The translations under genes were made by a program, and so were the position numbers. From Gemmatimonadota bacterium (GTDB lineage Bacteria; Gemmatimonadota; Gemmatimonadetes; Gemmatimonadales; GWC2-71-9), in NCBI GenBank assembly GCA_039586365.1, contig JBDHKN010000016.1, positions 1 to 64,000 of the forward strand: DNA of 64,000 bases. Direction: 5' to 3'. Shown in pieces: positions 49,256-59,065 of the stretch (position 1 is its first letter; every line of letters begins with the position of its first letter). The notes below the pieces were generated by a model, which was given only the letters and a program-made list of their open reading frames with translations, did no database searches and was not told the DNA's origin.

Positions 49256-49400
49256 GCATGTTGAGAGCGCGCCCCAAGCTGCTACCATGGAGTCGACCAA
49301 GACCCACGGCTCACAGAGAGGAGCGGCTTTCATGAAACGCGCCACCAAGTATGTCGCACTCGGCGTGCATCAGGCAACGACGGTCGCCGCTGCCGCCCGG
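49256..49400 (+). mobile_element. IS110-family (IS1111-like) remnant: left end plus first ~20 transposase codons
   Basis: ATG 49332 MKRATKYVALGVHQATTVAA resembles the DEDD N-terminus Y.xLDVH (D to G); AGAGGAG RBS; abuts GCCTAAC. Confidence 0.72.
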
Positions 49401-49528
49401 CGCCGGTATGCACCCAATGTCGTGGGTGCATACTGCATCACCGCACCGAAGGACATATGTATTGGAGTACCGTCCCTGTCGTTATTCTTAGGATCCCACT
49501 CAACTCTCTATATCTGGAGGAGGTATCA

Positions 49529-52159
49529 ATGCCATTACCACGGCGGGTTATACTCGGTTTGGCGTTCTCGCTGTTGGTTACGATGCCGTTCGAGATATCC
49601 ATAGCTGCCGCGCAGGTCACTCCGCCGGATGAGTACTTGGGGTTCCAGCCCGGCGCGGACTTCCACCTCATGACGTATGAACAGGCGATCGGCTATTTCG
49701 AGCATATCGCCGCCCAGACCGACCGCATGCTGGTCCTCGACATGGGCGAGACTTCGGCCGGTAGGAGAATGAAATACGGGGTCATTTCGTCTCCCGCTAA
49801 CCTCGCGCGGCTCGACGAGTTGAAGGACATCAACCGGAGGGTCAGCCTCGTGCGCGGCGTAGACGACGCCGAGGCGCGGCGTCTGGCGGAGCAGGGGAGA
49901 ACGATCGTCTGGATCGACGGTGGCTTGCACGGCACGGAAGTGGCCCCCGCGCAGCTTCTGCCGCAACTCGCGTACGATCTGGTATCCGGGACCGACAAAC
50001 AAACAACGGCGATCAGAGACAGCGTCATCGCGCTGCTGGTGTTCGCCAACCCGGACGGCATGACCATCGTGTCCGACTGGTACATGGGGAACGTCGGCAC
50101 GCCCTACGAGGTGAGCCCGATCCCTTGGCTGTATCACAAATACGTCGGCCACGACAACAACCGCGACTCGTTCATGTCCAATCTCAAAGAGACGCAGAAC
50201 ATGAACCAGGCGCACTCGCGCGAGTGGTATCCGGAGATCCTCTACAATCAGCATCAGACCGGCCCGTTCCCGGCCCGTATTTGGATTCCACCCGACGCCG
50301 AACCAACCAACCAGAACGTGCATCCGCTGATCGTCCGCTGGAAGAACCTGATCGGCACGGCGATGGGGAAGGCGTTCGAAGAGAACGATCAGCCAGGCGC
50401 GATATCGCGTATCAGGTACGATAGTTGGTATCCCGGATACGCCACGCAGGTGGTGGAAGGGCACAACGTCATGCCGATACTGACCGAGACGCAGCTGTAC
50501 CGCTATGCCACGCCGCAACACTTCACCGTGAACGACTTCCCGGAGGCGCACCGCGACCTGACAATGGGTGCCTTCTATCCGAGCCCGTGGCCCGGCGGGT
50601 GGTGGCGCATCGGTGACGCGGTCGCCTACAACAGCACTGCGTCCAAGGCGGTGCTCGAGGTGGCCGCGCGGTACAAGTACGAGTTGCTGTACGACAAGTA
50701 CAAGGTCGGTTCCGATGTGCTGGAGCGCTTCGGCAGTGAACCGCCCTACGGATGGATCGTACCAGCCGACCAGCCCGACAGAAGCAGCGCGGCGTTGCTG
50801 ATGGAACGGATGATGATCAACGGGATCGAAGTCTACACCGCCGACGAGGCGTTCGAGCACAACGGCATCTCCTTCCCGGCCGGGACGTTCGTTTTGCCCA
50901 CGAGTCAGCCGTTCGGCCTGTTCCTGAAGACCATCTTCGAGCGACAGTCGTATCCCGATCTCAGGAAGTACTCGCATCTGTGGCAGGGGCTCGTCAGTCC
51001 GGAAGACTGGGAGGGCGGTCCCCTGCGACCGTACGACGGCGTCGGGTGGACGTTGCCGCTCCAGATGGGTGTGGAGCACTGGGAGATGACGTCGCCACTG
51101 ACCGTTCAAATGACGGAAGTAGAGAGCATCGAACTGCCGGGCAGCGTCTCCGGCGGCGGTGGTTCCTATGTGTTCGATCACGCCGACAACAACAGCATAA
51201 CAGCCGTGATGCAATTGCTCGATGCAGGTGCGCGAGTCAGGTGGCTGCACGAACCGCTCAGTTTCGGCGGGCGACAATACCGTGCCGGTGCATACGTAGT
51301 TGAGACCGGGGCAGTGTCAGGTGCTAGGCTGCGTGACATAGCTGCATCGACCGGAGTGCGATTCACGGCGGGTAATCCGCGCGGCGCAGCGACTGCCCTC
51401 AGGAAACCGCGCACCGGGCTGCATCAAGCGTGGGTGGCCAGTATGGATGCAGGTTGGATCACCTACCTGTTCGACGCTTATGGCATTACATACCAGTCGG
51501 TCAGCAACGCAGAGATCAGGGCAGGAAGACTCCACGAGAGGTTCGACGTGATCATTTTTGCCGACCAGCGTGCATCCCAGATCATAGAAGGACATCGCAA
51601 GGGAACGATCCCACCCGACTATGTCGGCGGCATCGGGGACGAAGGCATAATCGCACTGCGCGAGTTCGTGGCGAGCGGTGGGACACTGGTTGCTAACAAC
51701 GGATCGAGCGACCTCCCGCTGGAACACTTTGATCTCCCGATAAACAACATCCTGGAAGGTGTCCCGGCCGACAGCTTCAACTGTCCCGGCGCACTGTTGA
51801 AGGCGGAATTCAACACAGACCATCAGCTCGCCTACGGCATGCCTGAACGCGGCATGATATTCTTTTCGCGCGGCAGCGTGTTCGAGATCGAGGGCGACGA
51901 GGCCGAGGCCGAGGTCGAGGAAGAGGGTGAGGAGAGCGACACGGAGGACGAGATCACCGTCGAAGTGGTCGTCACCTATCCCGACGAGCCGCTGCTGTTG
52001 AGCGGCTGGATGATCGGTGACGAGCGGATCCGCGAGAAAGCTGCCGCGCTCGCTGTCTCGTACGGCGAGGGGAAGATCGTCCTGTTCGGATTCAACGTGC
52101 ACAACCGGGCTCAGGCGCGGTCGACAACGAAACTGTTGTTCAATGCGTTGCTGTATTAG
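49529..52159 (+). CDS. Secreted M14 zinc carboxypeptidase
   Basis: HGTE, NPDG, DNNRD, HQ; GGAGGAGG RBS; signal peptide. Confidence 0.9.
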   Translation: MPLPRRVILGLAFSLLVTMPFEISIAAAQVTPPDEYLGFQPGADFHLMTYEQAIGYFEHIAAQTDRMLVLDMGETSAGRRMKYGVISSPANLARLDELKDINRRVSLVRGVDDAEARRLAEQGRTIVWIDGGLHGTEVAPAQLLPQLAYDLVSGTDKQTTAIRDSVIALLVFANPDGMTIVSDWYMGNVGTPYEVSPIPWLYHKYVGHDNNRDSFMSNLKETQNMNQAHSREWYPEILYNQHQTGPFPARIWIPPDAEPTNQNVHPLIVRWKNLIGTAMGKAFEENDQPGAISRIRYDSWYPGYATQVVEGHNVMPILTETQLYRYATPQHFTVNDFPEAHRDLTMGAFYPSPWPGGWWRIGDAVAYNSTASKAVLEVAARYKYELLYDKYKVGSDVLERFGSEPPYGWIVPADQPDRSSAALLMERMMINGIEVYTADEAFEHNGISFPAGTFVLPTSQPFGLFLKTIFERQSYPDLRKYSHLWQGLVSPEDWEGGPLRPYDGVGWTLPLQMGVEHWEMTSPLTVQMTEVESIELPGSVSGGGGSYVFDHADNNSITAVMQLLDAGARVRWLHEPLSFGGRQYRAGAYVVETGAVSGARLRDIAASTGVRFTAGNPRGAATALRKPRTGLHQAWVASMDAGWITYLFDAYGITYQSVSNAEIRAGRLHERFDVIIFADQRASQIIEGHRKGTIPPDYVGGIGDEGIIALREFVASGGTLVANNGSSDLPLEHFDLPINNILEGVPADSFNCPGALLKAEFNTDHQLAYGMPERGMIFFSRGSVFEIEGDEAEAEVEEEGEESDTEDEITVEVVVTYPDEPLLLSGWMIGDERIREKAAALAVSYGEGKIVLFGFNVHNRAQARSTTKLLFNALLY

Positions 52160-52475
52160 GGCCGCTGATCTTCTGCGGATCAGAGCGGATTGACGTGGGA
52201 TTGTGAAGACCAGGGCCCCGATGTCGCTGTGATGTCGGGGCCTGCTTGAGATTGAGCATGCGGTGAGTGGGATTGCCCCGTCGACCGAGCGATCACCTGC
52301 CACGAACCATAACTCCGTTAACCATGCTGGCCTGCGGCGACGCATGTAGCTATAATGGCTCGCTTCGGACCAACGAGTCGCCCAAGATGAAGGAGTCAGC
52401 GGACCGTTCCAGTTTGGTCATGTTCGCCGCCTCTGCGGTCCCTTCTGTACCAGCATCCTTGAACTGGAGTCGCTG

Positions 52476-53285
52476 ATGCCGGAATCCACAGTAGCAGCAG
52501 TAGCCGATGCGCAAGCCTCCCTGGAGGCAGTCATCAAAGGAGAGGTTCTCCGGATGTATCAGGAGGTCGCCGACAGCCCGGAGGCAGAGTTCCATTTCTA
52601 TCACGGACGTGAGGCGGCAGAGATGTTCGGCTACGATCCCGAGTGGCTGAACCAAGCCCCTAAGGGAGCCGTGGCCTCTTTTGCAGGAGTTGGCAACCCA
52701 CACGCCCGGAGCGCGCTGCAGCCGGGTGAGACGGTGCTCGACCTTGGGAGCGGTGCGGGGCTGGACAGCATCATTGCGTCGTGGCAGGTAGGTCCTACCG
52801 GGAAGGTGATTGGGCTAGACCTGAACCCGTCCATGTGTGCCAAAGCGAAAGCGCACGCTGAGGCCACAGGTACCACCCTGGAGTGCCATGAAGGGGTGAT
52901 GGAAAAGATCCCGCTCCAGGATGCCAGCGTGGATGTCATCACGTCGAACGGAGTCATCAATCTCTCGTTTCAGAAGCGCCGTGTGATCCAAGAGATGTTT
53001 CGGGTCCTCCGGCCCGGTGGCCGCATCTCTATCACCGACATCGTCAGCGCGAAGCAGCTCTCCCAATCGATCGTGAACGATCCCAAGCTGTGGGCTAGCT
53101 GAATTGGAGGTGCTCTCCCGGAGGGAGAGGTGTTTGCACTGCTCGAGGACAGCGGCTTCCAGCGCGTGCGCTCGGCAGTGGTGTCGGGCTTCCGATTCCG
53201 CAAGGGAGCGACCCAGGATGCTGCCGAGGCGTACGGCGTCAAGGCAGTCCACTTCACGGCTCGCAAACCCGACATAGCCTCGTAG
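52476..53285 (+). CDS. ArsM-like SAM-dependent methyltransferase, probable selenoprotein (UGA 53100-53102)
   Basis: GVGNP, LDLGSGAGLD, SNGVINLS, LRPGGR; frame continues LWAS-U-IGGAL for 60 aa to TAG 53285. Confidence 0.85.
53113..53129 (+). promoter_or_regulatory. Bacterial SECIS-like hairpin
   Basis: CTCTCCC-GGA-GGGAGAG starts 10 nt after the UGA; G-containing apical loop. Confidence 0.75.
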
Positions 53286-53457
53286 TGCTCGGAGTCCGGT
53301 CATTGCACGCCGGGTTTGTTCCCGGGTGTCTTCCACCGGCGCCCGGTGCCGGAGCGCGCTGGCTTTCAGGAATGACCGGGCTCGCCGCCCAATTGCACCT
53401 CCCAGTGTCGTTGGGGAGGTGCGTCTGGCCATCACCGTCAGCTCGAGAGGTTCTCAA

Positions 53458-54873
53458 GTGACGCCACTGCCCAATTCGCACGTCGTCTTGGATTCCGCCG
53501 CGGTCGAGGATCTGCGTACTCGCTTCCGCGGCTCGCTCCTGCTACCCGGAGATCCGGGGTACGAGGATTCCCGCACCGTCTGGAACGCGATGATCGACCG
53601 CCGACCGGTGCTCGTTGCCCGTTGCCTTGGTGTTGGCGACGTAATCGCCGCGGTGAACTTCGCCCGCGAGCACGGTATCGCCCTGACGATAAAGGGTGGC
53701 GGGCACAACATCTCGGGGCTGGCCGTGGCCGACGGCGCAATCATGTTGGACATGTCGTCGATGCGTGGCGTTATGGTCGATGCGGACGCTCGCATCGCCC
53801 GTGTGCAAGCGGGCTGTCTCCTGGGTGACGTAGATCGCGAAACCCAGGTCCACGGTCTCGCAGCCGTGCTTGGCTTCGTCTCCAACACCGGTATCGCCGG
53901 TCTCACGTTGGGTGGTGGCTTCGGATACTTGACGCGCCAGTATGGCTGGACCTGCGACAACGTGCGCGCAATAGAGCTGGTGACGGCGAACGGCAGCCTG
54001 GTCCGCGCCAGCGAACAGGAGAATCCTGATCTGTTCTGGGGACTCCGTGGCGGCGGCGGCAATTTCGGGGTGGCAACGCGGTTCGACTACGATCTCTACC
54101 CGGTCGGTCCGGAGATCATTGGCGGTGCGGTGGCTTGGCCGGGTGAGGCAGCCCCTGATGTACTGGAGATGTATCGTACGGTGGCCGCCGGCGCTCCCCC
54201 GGAGCTGTCGCTCGTGGCGGTGCTACGCCTGGCGCCACCGGCGCCGTGGCTGCCGCAGGAGTTTCACGGCAAGCTCATCGTAGCGATCTTTGCGTGCCAC
54301 ACGGGATCGATCGCTGCAGGTGAGAAGCTCGTGGCCCCGATCAAGGCATTCGGCAAGCCGATAGGGGATGTGCTGCAGCGGCGGACCTACATTTCGCAGC
54401 AGTCGATCCTCGACGCCACCCAACCGAAGGGAAGGCGCTACTACTGGAAGTCGGAATATCTGCCTGCGGTCGAACCGGGGTTGCTCCGTAAGTGCGTGGA
54501 GTACGCTGAGCAGCTGAAATCCCCCCATTCCGCAGTGGTCCTGTTTCCGCTGGGTGGTGCACTCAACCAGGCCGCAACTGATCTCTCTCCAGTGGGCAAC
54601 CGCGACGCGGAATACGTGCTGAACGTGACCGCGTCTTGGGAATCAGCGGGAGACGACGCAGCCAACGTGGGGTGGGCACGCGCCGCGTGGGAAGACATGA
54701 GAGGCTACTCGACCGGCGGAACGTACATCAATTTCCTGACGGAAGAAGAGGTGGGTGACCGCATTCGCGACGCGTACGGCGGCCACTACGAGCGGCTCGT
54801 GCAGGTGAAGACAACCTGGGACCCGGAGAACTTCTTCCGTGTGAACAAGAACCTCGTGCCGCAGGTGCGCTAG
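53458..54873 (+). CDS. FAD-binding oxidoreductase (berberine bridge enzyme-like)
   Basis: KGGGHN, LGGGFG, LRGGGGNFG, YINF, K..WDPENFF. Confidence 0.9.
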   Translation: MTPLPNSHVVLDSAAVEDLRTRFRGSLLLPGDPGYEDSRTVWNAMIDRRPVLVARCLGVGDVIAAVNFAREHGIALTIKGGGHNISGLAVADGAIMLDMSSMRGVMVDADARIARVQAGCLLGDVDRETQVHGLAAVLGFVSNTGIAGLTLGGGFGYLTRQYGWTCDNVRAIELVTANGSLVRASEQENPDLFWGLRGGGGNFGVATRFDYDLYPVGPEIIGGAVAWPGEAAPDVLEMYRTVAAGAPPELSLVAVLRLAPPAPWLPQEFHGKLIVAIFACHTGSIAAGEKLVAPIKAFGKPIGDVLQRRTYISQQSILDATQPKGRRYYWKSEYLPAVEPGLLRKCVEYAEQLKSPHSAVVLFPLGGALNQAATDLSPVGNRDAEYVLNVTASWESAGDDAANVGWARAAWEDMRGYSTGGTYINFLTEEEVGDRIRDAYGGHYERLVQVKTTWDPENFFRVNKNLVPQVR

Positions 54874-54960
54874 CCGGTCGAGGAATGCAGCAATCAACGC
54901 GCTCTGTGATGAGGCGGACCGCATAGTAGTTGGCTGACGAGCAGCGGAGCCGGCGAACGT

Positions 54961-56391
54961 TCAGCGACCGGTTGCGACTGTATCATCGCCGCCGGCGGGC
55001 AACCATAGGACAAACACGCTACCCGCACCGGCAGTGCTCGCCACGGTGATCTTGCCGCCTTGCAGCTCGATGAGCGTGCGGGCGATGGCCAAGCCGAGTC
55101 CCACACCACCATGGGCGCGGCTGCGGGATTTTTCCACGCGGTAGAAGCGGTCGAATATGTGAGGTAGATCTTGGGGCGGGATTCCCAATCCCGTGTCCCG
55201 AACGGCGATGCCAACTGCGTCTCCGTCTCGTTCGAGCGCGATTGTCACCGACCCCCGCTCAGTGTGGTGCACCGCATTGGTTACGACGTTCAGCACCGCC
55301 TGACGGGCATATTGTGGATCGCCCCAGGCGTGCGCGAGTGCTCGGATCTCGTTCCTGATCTCGATGTCTCGGTCGGTGGCCATCGCCTCGGCAATCTCCG
55401 TAGCCTCACACGCGATTGAGCGCAAATCGAACCGTTTTCGCTCAATGGCAATCGCCGCGTTGTCGCTGCGGGCCAGGAGCAGCAGATCATCCACCATTTT
55501 GCTGGTGCGCTCGACTTCGCTGCCGATGGCTGCCAGTGCCTCTCCCATCTCGTCGACCGAACGACGCTCGTCTAGTGCCCACTGGGCCTGCGCGCGGAGA
55601 TAGGTGAGCGGGGTGCGCAACTCGTGACTCGCGTCGGCGGTGAATGCTTCGAGCGCCCGATGCGAAGCTTCGACACGGGTAATCAGTCGGTTGATCGCGT
55701 CGGCGATCTGGGTGATCTCGATCACGCCGGTAGGTTGGGTCACGCGGCGGCTCAGATCGTCGGGCCCGATGTCCTGGGTCTCCGACAACACACGCTTGAC
55801 CGGTGCCAAGGCCGCCGCCACTGCCACGCGTGTGGCGCGGCGGGCGAGGAGGGCGGTGAGCGGCAGCAGTAGCAACGCTACTCCGGCTATCCCTGCCAGG
55901 GCCACCAGGTGCGGCTGCCGGCTGCCGGCAACGAAGACATCGAACTCGCCGGCCCGCTGATGCAGCACGCGGTAGCGCCAGCGCCCCCGTTCGGCTACGG
56001 CGCGGATGATTTCAGCGTTGACGTCTTCGGGTGTAGCATCCGGACCGAGTGCCGCAATTCGTTTGGCCGGCATCGTGGGAGACAGGAAGTATACCGAACG
56101 GCCTCCCTCAGCGGTTGCCGCCGTCCGGGTGATGAGGAAGCGGGCTCCCATCCCCACCAGCTGCTCCGCCAGGCTGTCGGAAGCCACCGTAGTGCGCTCG
56201 CCCCCTGGATCGGCATAGAGGCCGAGCAGTGACTCGATGACTGTCGCGGTCTGGCCCAGCGTGCGGCCCAGCGATACCTCTCCCAGAACGGCAAACGCCG
56301 TGATCACTATGGAGGCATAGCCGGAGAGAGTGACCCAGGTAAGCCGGGAGAATCGCGCCACCAGCTCGCCGGCCAGCAGGCGTTCGGTCAT
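54961..56391 (-). CDS. HAMP sensor histidine kinase
   Basis: Two TM segments, ASHELRTPL, DTGLGI, FDRFYR, GLGLAI. Confidence 0.92.
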   Translation of the reverse strand: MTERLLAGELVARFSRLTWVTLSGYASIVITAFAVLGEVSLGRTLGQTATVIESLLGLYADPGGERTTVASDSLAEQLVGMGARFLITRTAATAEGGRSVYFLSPTMPAKRIAALGPDATPEDVNAEIIRAVAERGRWRYRVLHQRAGEFDVFVAGSRQPHLVALAGIAGVALLLLPLTALLARRATRVAVAAALAPVKRVLSETQDIGPDDLSRRVTQPTGVIEITQIADAINRLITRVEASHRALEAFTADASHELRTPLTYLRAQAQWALDERRSVDEMGEALAAIGSEVERTSKMVDDLLLLARSDNAAIAIERKRFDLRSIACEATEIAEAMATDRDIEIRNEIRALAHAWGDPQYARQAVLNVVTNAVHHTERGSVTIALERDGDAVGIAVRDTGLGIPPQDLPHIFDRFYRVEKSRSRAHGGVGLGLAIARTLIELQGGKITVASTAGAGSVFVLWLPAGGDDTVATGR

Positions 56392-57062
56392 GGGCCCTCT
56401 AGGCGATAGCCTACGCCACGTACCGTGAGAATCTCGGTCCCATCCGGAATCTCGCCCAGCTTCTTGCGCAGGTAGTTGATATAGACGTCCACCACGTTGG
56501 TGCCGCTGTCGAACTGGTAGTCCCACACGGCCTCGGCTATGCGGGAGCGGGACATGGTGCGGCCCGCGTTGCGCATCAGGAATTCGAGTAACGCGAACTC
56601 GCGAGGTGACAGATCGATGCTGCGGCCCGCGACGGTGAGCGCTCTGGCAGGTACGTCGAGTTTGAGTACGCCCACTTTAAGAGCGGAATCCTCCCGCTTG
56701 AATTGGGCCCGGCGGATCACTGCCTGGACCCGGGCCAACAACTCAGCCAGATCGAACGGCTTGGTCAAGTAGTCGTCGGCGCCGCCCTCCAGGCCTTTGA
56801 CCTTGTCGGTGAGTTCACCGCGCGCAGTCAGCATCAGGACCGGCGTGTGCAACCCCCTGTCACGCAGTTCACGCACGATCTCGAACCCATCCATGCCGGG
56901 CAGCATGAGATCCAATACAATGCAGTCGTACTTGGAGTCGAGTGCTGCGGCGAGTCCTGCATCACCCGCCGCGGCCTGGTTTACGGCGTAGCCCTCCTCG
57001 CGGAACGCCTTGTGCAAGAAAGCCCGCAAATTGTTGTCGTCTTCGACTAGCAGGATCCGCAT
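56388..57062 (-). CDS. OmpR-family response regulator
   Basis: VEDD, LDLMLP, KPF, NVVDVYI.YLRKK, VRGVGY. Confidence 0.95.
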   Translation of the reverse strand: MRILLVEDDNNLRAFLHKAFREEGYAVNQAAAGDAGLAAALDSKYDCIVLDLMLPGMDGFEIVRELRDRGLHTPVLMLTARGELTDKVKGLEGGADDYLTKPFDLAELLARVQAVIRRAQFKREDSALKVGVLKLDVPARALTVAGRSIDLSPREFALLEFLMRNAGRTMSRSRIAEAVWDYQFDSGTNVVDVYINYLRKKLGEIPDGTEILTVRGVGYRLEGP

Positions 57063-57128
57063 GCGAGGAACTGGTGTGAGGTTGGGGCTGTGGGGAGGCG
57101 CAAAGCGCCTCCCCGGATTGGAGAGAAG

Positions 57129-57953
57129 TTACTTGATTCGACGGACGGTGACACGCGCTACCGGGTCGGTCCAGCCATGCTGCGCAGGATCCAGGAAAGC
57201 GCCACCCTGGATACCGGGGTGCAGCTGAACGACTCCTCCTTCCGCGACGTGTCCGTTACCGTCGGCGTCACCGGCCACGGGGCCGATTGCCGGGCACCCA
57301 TCCACGACATTGGCGGACGTCTCGTCGTTCACTTCCGTGCCGGCGTCATAGCCGGGCGCGTAGTACGTGCGCGGCTTGAATCCGTCGGGTAACCGCACGC
57401 CGTCGAGCCCGACGAAGCCATCGTTAGTGCAGATCAGCATCACGGCGAGAGAGAGCCGGTTGGCGTTGCCTCGTGCTGTGATCGTGGTTGTCAGAGACGT
57501 GGGTCCGGGACCCCCGACCCGATGAATCGGTGCCATGGTCGCGACGATGCCGTCAACCCCACGGGTGTCCATCAACTCGGTCTCCGCAGTGCTGGGATCA
57601 CCGCTTTCTGCGATGAACCGCAGACCGTCGGAGGCCACATCACCCACGGTGAAGAAGGACGACCACTTGTTGTGCGTGGCGATCACTCCCGGCGACAGGG
57701 GCTGGCCCGTTGCGAGGTTGGTGATGGTGATCTCGTACTCGCGGGACCGTCCCCTGGCGGGCCACCTTCCGTAATGCCGCCGAACATTCGCATGGCGCCC
57801 GGATGAGCGCCCGAACTGCAGCACTGCGGCGCTGTCTGCGGCGGCCTCGACGTCGGTTAACGCGTCGGTTTGTGGTGGATCGAACATGCCATCCGAGTCG
57901 CTGCACGCCATGGTGAGAGCTGCGGCGAGCACTGCTGTGATCTGTTTCATCAT
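57129..57953 (-). CDS. Spondin_N domain lipoprotein
   Basis: Lipobox TMAC; ITNL..QPLSP, AESGD, MLICTNDGF, YDAGTE.NDE. Confidence 0.85.
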   Translation of the reverse strand: MMKQITAVLAAALTMACSDSDGMFDPPQTDALTDVEAAADSAAVLQFGRSSGRHANVRRHYGRWPARGRSREYEITITNLATGQPLSPGVIATHNKWSSFFTVGDVASDGLRFIAESGDPSTAETELMDTRGVDGIVATMAPIHRVGGPGPTSLTTTITARGNANRLSLAVMLICTNDGFVGLDGVRLPDGFKPRTYYAPGYDAGTEVNDETSANVVDGCPAIGPVAGDADGNGHVAEGGVVQLHPGIQGGAFLDPAQHGWTDPVARVTVRRIK

Positions 57954-58311
57954 TGCTGGACCTCCCTTGAATGGGCTGTGCGTGGTGGTTCAACGAATCC
58001 ACGGACAGTCTAGGAGGCTGGCTCGGTCCAGAGCCGTAATGTGAGAGAATTCTCATGCTGCTCTAACCGCGCCCGGGCGAGCCGGCTCGAACGGATTTGC
58101 TGGGAGCAGACGGAGGTCCGACCTGGTGGGAACGATTAGAGGTGGCCGCAGATGGACGCGGCAACTCACCTGACTGACGAACTCACAATCGCCGCGACCC
58201 GTCGCACGTTCGGTGACGGTTAGAGCGATGCTACGATCACAGTGGAACACAACGTGACGCACTCTTCTATGATAGAGCAGCCCGTGGTTCGACCGTAGTC
58301 ACCAACGCGAG

Positions 58312-58992
58312 CTACTGCGGAGCCCGCTTGTAGCTCACGGAGAGCCCGCCCCCACTCATCAAGAACTCGGTCTCGAGGTTGGGCGTGTTGGTGAGCACTT
58401 CGACGAACTGACCGGTCCCGCCGGCGCCCCGCCTACGTCTCCCGCTTGCCCGGTTTGACACGTTGTGCGCCGTGAAGCAGCCGCCCACCTCGAGCTTGGG
58501 GAGTGCGTCACGGAAGTACTGGGTGTACCAGTTCTTGTCGGCATCGACGAATACGAAGTCGAAGGGGCCGGACAGGGCCGGCACCAGTTCATGCGCATCC
58601 GCGAGCCGAGCATCGATGTACTCGCTGAGGCCCGCCGCCTCGAAATTCTCCACTGCCTGGCGATACCGCCGTTGGTCGATCTCGATCGTGATGAGTCTCC
58701 CACCGGTCTTACTGAGGGCCCAGGCGATCCAGATGGCGGAGTGCCCCGTGGAGGTGCCGATCTCGAGCGCTTGGGTGTACCCGTTCTGGACAACAAGGTC
58801 GTACAGGACCTGCCCATCCGCCGTGGGAACGTTCATATCCCGCCAGGATCTCCGGTGCTCGTCGAGAAAGCGCTGCACCCTGGCGTCGAGGTCTTCTTGT
58901 GTTTTGGGATCCTGAGCCAGGCCGGGCTGGGCCGGGGCACTCAATAGGAGCGCTGTCAGAGAAATCCAAAACATCTGTGGCGTCGACTTCAT
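58312..58992 (-). CDS. Class I SAM O-methyltransferase with signal peptide
   Basis: LEIGTSTGHS, FVDADK, AHN. Confidence 0.88.
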   Translation of the reverse strand: MKSTPQMFWISLTALLLSAPAQPGLAQDPKTQEDLDARVQRFLDEHRRSWRDMNVPTADGQVLYDLVVQNGYTQALEIGTSTGHSAIWIAWALSKTGGRLITIEIDQRRYRQAVENFEAAGLSEYIDARLADAHELVPALSGPFDFVFVDADKNWYTQYFRDALPKLEVGGCFTAHNVSNRASGRRRRGAGGTGQFVEVLTNTPNLETEFLMSGGGLSVSYKRAPQ

Positions 58993-59065
58993 GATTCAAT
59001 CCCCATTCTATATACGCGGCTCCACGCGGCAACGTTGGGTCGCCTGCTGCATTTGGTTGGTCGTA

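Noticed and set aside
49535..51277. 580-aa antisense ORF and the many other shadow ORFs
   Set aside because: Opposite well-supported genes; typical of high-GC codon bias
52212..52243. Rho-independent terminator after the M14 gene
   Set aside because: Imperfect hairpin without a U-tract
53100..53102. Genome-wide UGA recoding or simple nonsense mutation
   Set aside because: Many genes here end properly at TGA; position at a Cys site plus the hairpin favours Sec
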